The translations under genes were made by a program, and so were the position numbers. DNA of 64,000 nt from Candidatus Aquilonibacter sp. (GTDB taxonomy: Bacteria; Verrucomicrobiota; Verrucomicrobiia; Limisphaerales; UBA11358): contig DATJRH010000047.1 in NCBI GenBank assembly GCA_035504945.1, forward strand, positions 2,157 to 66,156, read 5' to 3'. This document shows positions 44,049-51,215 of the stretch, piece after piece (position 1 is the stretch's first letter; the number at the start of each line of letters is the position of its first letter). Below the pieces are notes generated by a model, which saw only the letters and a list, made by a program, of their open reading frames with translations, was not told the DNA's origin and did no database searches.

Positions 44049-46106
44049 ATGAAGCTCACCCGCACTTTACTGGCCGTTTCATTTCTGTCACTGGCGCTGA
44101 ACCTTAACGCGCAATCGCGCTGGCACATCACCGGCGACGGTGGCATCGTCTGGGACGTCCAGCCCGGCGCGGCGCACGAGGACAACATCGAGATGAGCGG
44201 CCAGAAGGTTTCCGTCATCGTCACTTACGGCGTGGACACGAACGCCGCGTTGAGCCTGGCCGAATTTGTAATTTTCCCGACGTTCCGCACCGTGCCGCAA
44301 AACACGCGCAGCCACATCTCGGAACATTTTACAGCCGACCTTGAGCCGCACTTTTTACTTAATCATGCCGCACCGCAAAGCGACGTCGTCCAAAGCTTCC
44401 GGCAAAAGGGCATCATGCAAATCAACGGCGAAATGCGTGGTCCACAGGCAGCCGTCGCCTGGACGCGCACAATTTTTCCGTCCACCAGCCAGCCGGCGGT
44501 CATCGAAATGATTTCTTTGACGAATGTCTCCGCTGCGGAAGTTTCGGTGGAACTGGAAGGCGGAGCAAAGAGCATTACCACGGACGCGGCAAAAGGTTTG
44601 GAAGGCGCGTATGTAATGTCGTCGCGCGTGCTCGATCCCGGTGAACGGACGCTCAAGCCGGGCGAAAACACAACATTCGTCCGGGTCTTTAGCGCGCGGC
44701 ACGAGGCCGACCCGGATTTGACGATTGATGCCAATGCGGAATTGCAGGCGCGCGCCGCGTTGGTCCAAAGTTATCTGGACAATTTGCAACTGGAGACGCC
44801 GGACAAAACTTTGAACACAGAATTCGCGTTCGCAAAAATCCGCACGACCGAAAGCATCTACAAAACGAAGGGCGGCCTGATGCACAGCCCGGGCGGCGGA
44901 CGCTATTACGCGGCGATTTGGGCGAACGACCAGGGCGAGTATGCGAATCCGTTTTTCCCGTTCAACGGCGACCCGGCGGCGAACGAGGCCGCGACGAATT
45001 CCTACCGCATGTTCGCGGATTACATGAATCCCGAATACAAGCCGATTCCGAGTTCCATCGTCGCCGAAGGCGTCACGAACTGGCACGGCGCGGGCGACCG
45101 CGGCGACATGGCGATGCTGGCGTATGGCGCGTCGCGCTACGCGCTCGCCTGCGGCAATCTGCAATCGGCGCGGAATTTGTGGCCGCTCGTCCAATGGTGC
45201 CTCGAATACTGCCATCGCAAGGTGGACACGAATGGCGTCGTCGAGTCGGACGCGGACGAACTGGAAAACCGTTTTCCGTCCGGCAAGGCGAACCTCTGTA
45301 CGTCGTGCCTCTACTACGACGCGTTGAATTCTGCCGTTTATCTCGGCAAGGAATTGGGCAAGCCGGATTCGCAATTGGAAAACTATTCCGCAGAGGCGAG
45401 AACGTTGCGCGCCGCGATTGAAAGTTATTTTGGCCGCGACGTGGATGGCTTTCACACTTACCGCTATTTCGACAAATCCGTTCCGAGCGTCAACCCGCGG
45501 GCACTCAAACGCTTCGCCCATTACGAAAGTGAGCCGGACAAGCTGCGTGCGTGGATTTGCATCCCGCTCACCGTCGGAATTTTCGACCGCGCGCCGGGAA
45601 CGATTGACGCGCTTTTCTCCACAAATCTTTGGTCGCCGGACGGGTTGAGGACAGAAGAGGGTGACACGGTTTTTTGGGACCGCTCGACGTTATATGCCTT
45701 GCGCGGTGTATTCGCGGCGGGCGAGACGGAGCGGGCGCTAAAATATCTGCAGTATTATTCCACGCGGCGGCTGCTCGGCGAGCACGTGCCGTATCCGGTC
45801 GAAGCTTATCCCGAAGGCAACCAGAGCCACCTCGCGGCGGAGAGCGCGCTGTATTGCAGGATTTACACGGAAGGAATGTTTGGCATCCGGCCGACGGGAT
45901 TGCACACGTTCAATTGCACGCCGCGCCTGCCGAAGGAATGGCCCAGCATGGCGCTGCGGCACATCCGCGCGTTCGGCAGCAATTTTGATCTGGTTGTGAG
46001 CCGGGCAGGGGACAAGTTGCAAATTCAAGTTTTGGAAAACGGAAATGTTTTCAAGTCGTTGCAGATTGCCGACGGCGGCACGGCGGCGATTGACTTGGGA
46101 AGTTAA
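44049..46106 (+). CDS. Secreted (alpha/alpha)6-barrel glycoside-hydrolase-like protein, family unassigned
   Basis: 685 aa with a signal peptide. The region ...YYAAIWANDQGEYANPFFPF...LAYGASRYALACGNLQSARNLWPLVQWCLEYC...LYYDALNSAVYLGKELG... is typical of six-hairpin glycosidases. Confidence 0.7.
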   Translation: MKLTRTLLAVSFLSLALNLNAQSRWHITGDGGIVWDVQPGAAHEDNIEMSGQKVSVIVTYGVDTNAALSLAEFVIFPTFRTVPQNTRSHISEHFTADLEPHFLLNHAAPQSDVVQSFRQKGIMQINGEMRGPQAAVAWTRTIFPSTSQPAVIEMISLTNVSAAEVSVELEGGAKSITTDAAKGLEGAYVMSSRVLDPGERTLKPGENTTFVRVFSARHEADPDLTIDANAELQARAALVQSYLDNLQLETPDKTLNTEFAFAKIRTTESIYKTKGGLMHSPGGGRYYAAIWANDQGEYANPFFPFNGDPAANEAATNSYRMFADYMNPEYKPIPSSIVAEGVTNWHGAGDRGDMAMLAYGASRYALACGNLQSARNLWPLVQWCLEYCHRKVDTNGVVESDADELENRFPSGKANLCTSCLYYDALNSAVYLGKELGKPDSQLENYSAEARTLRAAIESYFGRDVDGFHTYRYFDKSVPSVNPRALKRFAHYESEPDKLRAWICIPLTVGIFDRAPGTIDALFSTNLWSPDGLRTEEGDTVFWDRSTLYALRGVFAAGETERALKYLQYYSTRRLLGEHVPYPVEAYPEGNQSHLAAESALYCRIYTEGMFGIRPTGLHTFNCTPRLPKEWPSMALRHIRAFGSNFDLVVSRAGDKLQIQVLENGNVFKSLQIADGGTAAIDLGS

Positions 46107-46356
46107 AGGCTAGACATGACGAATCCCGGCGAAGGCCGCTAATGAAGTAGATTTGAACCGAAACAACTCCGGGACAAACGTCCGCGTTCCGGCCCGAACA
46201 TAGTTTCTTCTCCCCGGTGTGGGTGGTGACTGTTTTCCGCAGATTATTTTTGCCCGCACGGGACAATTTACGCCAGCAGGAAACGTCTGCCGGGAGCGAA
46301 AACTACCGAAAGGTGACTTGGCTGGAAGACAATGATGCACTGAGGAGGCAAAAAAC

Positions 46357-46503
46357 ATGGGCAAAAGCTTTCTTTTCCCCGCCACCTTGCGGTCTTCGCG
46401 CAGAATTATGCCATTGCCGAAATGTGGGGCTAATCCGGAGCCGGTTTGGCATGTCAATTGCGTACAAAATGGCATGGGACTTAATACGGTTGTAAACTGC
46501 TAG
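46357..46503 (+). CDS. Candidate small Cys-containing protein (48 aa), not in ORF track
   Basis: GAGGAGG sits 8 nt upstream of the ATG. Sequence: MGKSFLFPATLRSSRRIMPLPKCGANPEPVWHVNCVQNGMGLNTVVNC*. An intrinsic terminator begins 28 nt after the stop. Confidence 0.3.
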   Translation: MGKSFLFPATLRSSRRIMPLPKCGANPEPVWHVNCVQNGMGLNTVVNC

Positions 46504-46530
46504 AAACTTACCTGTAGCTTTATTCTTCCG

Positions 46531-46574
46531 GTCCCGGCCGGTGGATCATCCTCTCGGCCGGGACTTGTTTTTTC
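46531..46574 (+). terminator. Rho-independent terminator
   Basis: Stem GTCCCGGCCG / CGGCCGGGAC (46531-46540 / 46556-46565) followed by TTGTTTTTT. Confidence 0.7.
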
Positions 46575-46693
46575 GCGGCGAAACTTCCCCGGTTCGAACG
46601 CGAACGGCTTTTCTTCCGTTCCGCGCCGCTACGGTTCAGACGGAAATCTTCCGGCTTCCGAGTTGAACCAAAACAGTTCCGGCGGGAATGGAC

Positions 46694-47035
46694 TCATTTC
46701 CAGCCCAAAGAATCATTTTTCCAATGCACCCTGCTTCCCCGCCAATCTGAAACATCGGAAACTTGCCCGGCTTGTGGTTTGTTTGCTTGCATCAATACCC
46801 GCAACGCTGCTTCCAGCAATCCGGCGGGCGCGCGCGGCGTTTCCTCCTCAACGACGGCGATGTCCTGCGCCTTGACCCGCAAAAGTTTTCCCAACTGGCT
46901 GCGGGTCATCTTTGCGCCCTCCCGCAATTGCGCCACCGCCTCGCCCAATTCCAGCAATTGCCGGGCAACCGCGTATTGCGGATCGCCCGCCATCTGGCGC
47001 GCGTGAAATTGTTCCAGATCGTCATGCGCGCTCAT
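46694..47035 (-). CDS. HTH (XRE-like) protein, partner of the upstream nucleotidyltransferase
   Basis: 113 aa, HTH-like MTRSQLGKLLRVKAQDIAVVEEE. 14-bp overlap with the MNT gene. Confidence 0.6.
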   Translation of the reverse strand: MSAHDDLEQFHARQMAGDPQYAVARQLLELGEAVAQLREGAKMTRSQLGKLLRVKAQDIAVVEEETPRAPAGLLEAALRVLMQANKPQAGQVSDVSDWRGSRVHWKNDSLGWK

Positions 47036-47333
47036 AAACGGGAAACAACTCGTCTTTGATGCGGTCGAAAATCAGCGGATGCAGCCGCGAACAAAAATCC
47101 ACCTTGCGCCCGATGATGGCCGCCAGTTCCTCGCCATAGCCGAAGTATTGGAAGCCGGCGTTTTTCAGGACGCCCGGCTCAAATTCCGCCAGCACGTCCA
47201 CGTCGCTGCGCTGCGGGTCGAAATCGCGGTGCAAGACCGAACCGAACAGGCTCAATTTGCGGATGCCGCGTTCCCGGCAGAAACGCGCCACCTGCTCGCG
47301 GTCAATCTGGATGGGCAATTCGGCAACGCTCAT
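47022..47333 (-). CDS. Minimal nucleotidyltransferase (MNT/MntA-like) domain protein
   Basis: 103 aa with the GS-x10-DxD motif: LFGSVLHRDFDPQRSDVDVLAEF. Confidence 0.8.
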   Translation of the reverse strand: MSVAELPIQIDREQVARFCRERGIRKLSLFGSVLHRDFDPQRSDVDVLAEFEPGVLKNAGFQYFGYGEELAAIIGRKVDFCSRLHPLIFDRIKDELFPVYERA

Positions 47334-47414
47334 GCCAAAATAATCGCCGAAATGTTAGAATTGGGCAACTCTACAATGATGCCGCGCCGACGGAGCTGCG
47401 GAGTGCGGCGATAA

Positions 47415-47560
47415 TAGCCCAGCCATTTATGGCTGGGAACAACGCGATTCGATTTTCAAAGTCCCGTCAGGGACAGCAGACAATGGTGGCCGTTCGCAAG
47501 AACCTTTCGTCCCTGACGGGACTAGGGATTCTGCCGAACCGTGAACCCAGCCATATAATT
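47415..47560. mobile_element. MITE/REP-like composite hairpin element
   Basis: Palindrome CCCAGCCATTTATGGCTGGG (47418-47437). Perfect 15-bp inverted repeat AGTCCCGTCAGGGAC (47460-47474) / GTCCCTGACGGGACT (47509-47523). Partial CCCAGCCATATAA at 47546. Confidence 0.5.
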
Positions 47561-47717
47561 CACCCTTTTCAGCAAGTGCTTCGAGGCATGATGCACGCGG
47601 AATAGCATGACTGCGGATTGCCTTTTCTTTACAAGCAGGGAACAAGCAAAGATAGTCCTTTGTCCGAATGTATTTATCTGCTTTTTGGACAGCTCTTCTA
47701 AAATTTCCGTCCATCAT
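47427..47717 (-). pseudogene. Truncated AT-rich ORF downstream of the methyltransferase (possible remnant of a cognate nuclease/specificity gene)
   Basis: MMDGNFRRAVQKADKYIRTKDYLCLFPACKEKAIRSHAIPRASCLEALAEKGELYGW... then the reading frame enters the MITE-like element and ends. Confidence 0.4.
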
Positions 47718-47739
47718 TATGTAATTAAAAACCAAAGTT

Positions 47740-49326
47740 CTACGCCAGCTTCCTTGCAATTTCCTCATCCAAAATTTCGCGGACGGTGAGCGGGATGATG
47801 ACTTTGCCGGTCTGTTTGAAGAAACGTTGAATCTCCGGGTTCACATCGCTCGAATAATCAAAAGCCACAAAAAATCCTTTGTCGCATTCCTCGCGCATCA
47901 TCATGGCTTCAAAGGAATCAATGTCAGGGCGGCCCACCTTGTCCTTTTGTTTCACTTGAATTGGATACCAGCGTTCTTTCAGGGCAAGTTCGCCTTCCTG
48001 TTTCTTGCGCGGCGTGGCGGCGGAACTCACGGGATAAATGCGGCCATCTACGCCCATGTCGCCGACCTGCACTTTGTTCGGAATGCCGCCGAGGGCGATG
48101 ACGGCCCAATTCTCAAATTCAAACGGCGGAATGGCGCGCAATTTTTCTTCCGTCCACGGCAGGTCGCGGACGATGAAGCCGCGTCCGGCTTTCCAGAGCG
48201 GTTCGCTTTCCGGCAGGCCGCAAACGTCGCGCAGACGTTTGGCCATGACGCGGCAGGCGGTAGGCGAAATATCAGTGCCAATCCATTGGCGTTTCAAATT
48301 CTGCGCCGCGACGAGCGCCGTGCCGCAACCGCAAAAGGCATCAAGCACAATGTCGTTTTCATTGCTGCTGGTTCTGACAATGCGATCAAGCAAAGCAAGC
48401 GGCTTCTGCGTCGGATAGCCAAGGCGTTCTTTTGCCTGCGAGTTAATTGGCGGAATGTCTGTCCAAACTGTGTCAATCGGGCGGCCTTCTTGTTCGTCGA
48501 GATACCGCTTCAATCTTGGCACTGCGCCGGGACTCGGCTGAACAACAATTCCAGCTTCATAGGCTTCTTGCATCCGCTCTTTTGTCCAACGCCAAACTTT
48601 CGTGTGGCCTAAAAATTCGTAGGTGAGATTTGGCCGATTAGGATTTGGATTCAGCAAATTGTCCAATTGATAAAGTCGCCCGTCTGGATCACGGTGCGAA
48701 TACTTACCAGCGGTTTTTTCGTCGAGATTGTCTGGGTCGTAAGGATTGTAAGGCCGGTTGAAAGTTATTTCACCGCCGCCGCTGTAGAGGAAAATTGAAT
48801 CATGGTTATTTGGAAAGCCAGTGAAGGCTAAACCTTTTGCCAACGTGCGGTGCCAGATGATTTCACATTGAAAATTATTTTCCCCGAAAATCTGGTCGAG
48901 CATGATCTTGACGTAGTGGCTGGCGTGCCAGTCGCAGTGGTAATAAAAGCTGCCGGTCTTTTTGAGGACGCGGGCCAGTTGCACGCAGCGCGGCCTCATG
49001 TAGTCAATGTAGGCGCGGGTGGATTCGTGGCGGTCTTCAAAGGCGCGCTTCTCCTTGGTCTCGCCCCAGAAGACCTCGTAGTTGCGGTTGGAGTTGAAGG
49101 GCGGGTCTATGTAAATCAAATCCACGCAGGCGTCGGGCAGCTTGGCGAGCTGTTCCAGATTGTCGCCGCAATAAATGACACGGGTGTCGAGGAGGGAACT
49201 TGGCTTTGCGGTTTTTTTGTCCGCCCTCACCCCGGCCCTCTCCCTCGGGGAGAGGGTGATTTCTTTATCGGCAACTTTGTGGCTTGGCGTCTTGGTGGTT
49301 AATTTCGCGTCTGCTTTCTTTGCCAT
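47740..49326 (-). CDS. Beta-class N6A/N4C DNA methyltransferase fused to a C-terminal Mrr-like PD-(D/E)xK nuclease domain
   Basis: 528 aa. Motif IV IYIDPPFNS precedes motif I VLDAFCGCGTALVAA. C-terminus GDMGVDGRIYP...WYPIQVKQKDKVGRPDIDSFEAMMMREECDKGFFVAFDYS resembles Mrr_cat (D...QxK). Confidence 0.85.
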   Translation of the reverse strand: MAKKADAKLTTKTPSHKVADKEITLSPRERAGVRADKKTAKPSSLLDTRVIYCGDNLEQLAKLPDACVDLIYIDPPFNSNRNYEVFWGETKEKRAFEDRHESTRAYIDYMRPRCVQLARVLKKTGSFYYHCDWHASHYVKIMLDQIFGENNFQCEIIWHRTLAKGLAFTGFPNNHDSIFLYSGGGEITFNRPYNPYDPDNLDEKTAGKYSHRDPDGRLYQLDNLLNPNPNRPNLTYEFLGHTKVWRWTKERMQEAYEAGIVVQPSPGAVPRLKRYLDEQEGRPIDTVWTDIPPINSQAKERLGYPTQKPLALLDRIVRTSSNENDIVLDAFCGCGTALVAAQNLKRQWIGTDISPTACRVMAKRLRDVCGLPESEPLWKAGRGFIVRDLPWTEEKLRAIPPFEFENWAVIALGGIPNKVQVGDMGVDGRIYPVSSAATPRKKQEGELALKERWYPIQVKQKDKVGRPDIDSFEAMMMREECDKGFFVAFDYSSDVNPEIQRFFKQTGKVIIPLTVREILDEEIARKLA

Positions 49327-49403
49327 GCGGCGATTGTGCTACGGGAATTTGTCAGCGTCAATTGTGCTTTGACTGGCGGCGGGAATTGGACAAAATCCCG
49401 CGC

Positions 49404-51155
49404 ATGAAATCCCTGACCGCATTGCTCGTCATCGCACTTTCCACTGTTTCCGTTTTTGCCGCCGACGATTACACGAACGGCCCGGATTCCCGGCCGCAGC
49501 CCGGCGTGCCCAAGGGCACGGTGCTGAAATTTACGCTGAAAGATTCAAAAATCTTTCCCGGCACGCGGCATGATTGCTGGGTTTATGTCCCGGCGGAATA
49601 CACGCCGGACAAACCCGCGTGCGTGTTTGTCTGCCAGGACGGCATCCGCTTCAACGCGCCGACCGTCTTCGACAATCTCATCTACAAAAAGGAAATGCCC
49701 GTGACCATCGGCGTCTTCGTCATGCCGGGCATCGTCCACGCCGCCGACACCAACGCCGCGCTCGACCGCTTCAATCGCAGTTACGAATACGACGGCCTCG
49801 GCGACAATTACGCGCGCTTCCTGCTGGAGGAAGTTTTGCCGCACGTGGAGCAAATGACTTTGCCCGACGGTCGCGCGATTCATTTGTCGCACGACGGCAA
49901 CGACCGTTGCATCGCCGGCGCGAGCAGCGGCGGGATTTGCGCGTTCACCGTCGCGTGGGAGCGGCCCAATGATTTTCGCCGCGTGTTCAGCGCCATCGGG
50001 ACGTTTGTGGATTTGCGCGGCGGCGACGTTTATCCGTCGCTTGTCCGCAAGGTTGAGCCGAAACCCATCCGCGTCTTTTTGCAGGACGGCTCGAACGACC
50101 ACAACAAATACGGCGGCGACTGGTGGATGGCCAACCAGACGCTGGAGCGCGCGCTGACCTTCGCCGGCTACGACGTGAACCACGCGTGGGGCGACGGCGG
50201 CCACACGCACAAGCAGGGCGACGCCATTTTCCCCGACGTGATGCGCTGGCTCTGGCGCGACTGGCCGGCGCCCATCAAGGCTGGCTGGTCGCAGAATGAC
50301 ACGCTCACGAACATTTTGATTCCCGGCGAAGACTGGCAGGTTGTTGCCGACAACCTTGGCGGCTCCGATGGCCCGGCGGTGGACGCCAATGGCGAAATGT
50401 TTTTCTCCGAACCGCGCTCGAACCGGATTTGGAAAATCACCGCGGACGACAAACTTGAATTGTTCGCGACCAATGCCATTGGCGTTTCCGGCGAGGCGTT
50501 CGGGCCGGATGGAAAACTTTATACCAGTTCGATGAAATCAAAGCAGCTGTTCGCCTATGATACGGACGGCAACGCTACTTTGATTGCGGACGACGTGAAC
50601 GGCAACGATCTCGCGGTCGCGCACAACGGAAACATTTACGTCACCGACCCGCCGGCGAGCACGAACATTTTGCCGAGCAAAGTCTGGCTCATCAAACCGG
50701 ACGGAGATAAATCCGTCGTGGACACCGGCCTGAAATATGCCAATGGCCTGACGCTCTCGCCCGACCAGTCGCTGCTTTACATCGGCGACTACCGGTCGCA
50801 CTGGGTTTATAGCTACGTCATCCAGCCGGACGGAACCCTGGCCGATAAGCAGGCGTATGACTGGCTGCAAACGCGCAACGTGGACGACGACAGCGGCGCG
50901 GACGGAATGCGCGTGGACCGCGACGGACGGCTTTACGTCGCCACGCGCTTCGGGATTCAGGTTTGCGACCAGGCCGGCCGCGTGCAGTGCATTTTGCCGA
51001 CGCCCAACGGAAAGATTGCCAACCTGACTTTCGGCGGCGAAAAATTCGACACGCTCTACGCCACCTGCGGCGACAAGCTTTTCAAGCGCAAGCTGAACGT
51101 GACCGGCGCGAACGGCTGGGATGCGCCGAACAAACCCGCCCCGCCGAAATTGTGA
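49404..51155 (+). CDS. Secreted esterase (putative esterase/enterochelin-esterase-like) fused to an SMP-30/gluconolactonase/LRE-like beta-propeller
   Basis: Start at MKSLTALLVIALSTVSVFA (signal peptide). Nucleophile context IAGASSGG. C-terminal NGL repeats (ANGLTLSPDQSLLYIGD, ADGMRVDRDGRLYVA). Confidence 0.8.
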   Translation: MKSLTALLVIALSTVSVFAADDYTNGPDSRPQPGVPKGTVLKFTLKDSKIFPGTRHDCWVYVPAEYTPDKPACVFVCQDGIRFNAPTVFDNLIYKKEMPVTIGVFVMPGIVHAADTNAALDRFNRSYEYDGLGDNYARFLLEEVLPHVEQMTLPDGRAIHLSHDGNDRCIAGASSGGICAFTVAWERPNDFRRVFSAIGTFVDLRGGDVYPSLVRKVEPKPIRVFLQDGSNDHNKYGGDWWMANQTLERALTFAGYDVNHAWGDGGHTHKQGDAIFPDVMRWLWRDWPAPIKAGWSQNDTLTNILIPGEDWQVVADNLGGSDGPAVDANGEMFFSEPRSNRIWKITADDKLELFATNAIGVSGEAFGPDGKLYTSSMKSKQLFAYDTDGNATLIADDVNGNDLAVAHNGNIYVTDPPASTNILPSKVWLIKPDGDKSVVDTGLKYANGLTLSPDQSLLYIGDYRSHWVYSYVIQPDGTLADKQAYDWLQTRNVDDDSGADGMRVDRDGRLYVATRFGIQVCDQAGRVQCILPTPNGKIANLTFGGEKFDTLYATCGDKLFKRKLNVTGANGWDAPNKPAPPKL

Positions 51156-51215
51156 TGTCCGGCAGGCGAATTTACCGAATGCAAATTCGTAAGGCTTGCG
51201 TCCCGGAATGAAATT

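Noticed and set aside
43976-44224. The upstream part of the 173-aa minus-strand ORF 43703-44224.
   Set aside because: It overlaps the start and signal peptide of the strongly supported plus-strand GH gene and has a Cys/Ser-rich, non-protein-like composition. Only the distal 90 codons were kept, at low confidence.
46427-46600. tmRNA or tRNA-like signals: GGGGCTAATCCGGAGCC resembles a tmRNA 5' end, and GGTTCGAAC at about 46590 resembles a T-loop.
   Set aside because: The two signals are only ~160 nt apart and a terminator lies between them. I found no acceptor-stem complementarity, no CCA-proximal 3' end, and no plausible ...ALAA-type tag reading frame.
49284-49403. The N-terminal 40 codons of track ORF 49284-51155, and similar 5' extensions at 7564-7629, 12044-12136, 14879-14950, 18532-18570, 52832-52879 and 58142-58201.
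   Set aside because: In each case an internal Met gives a clean signal peptide or a canonical family N-terminus and removes overlap with the neighbouring gene.
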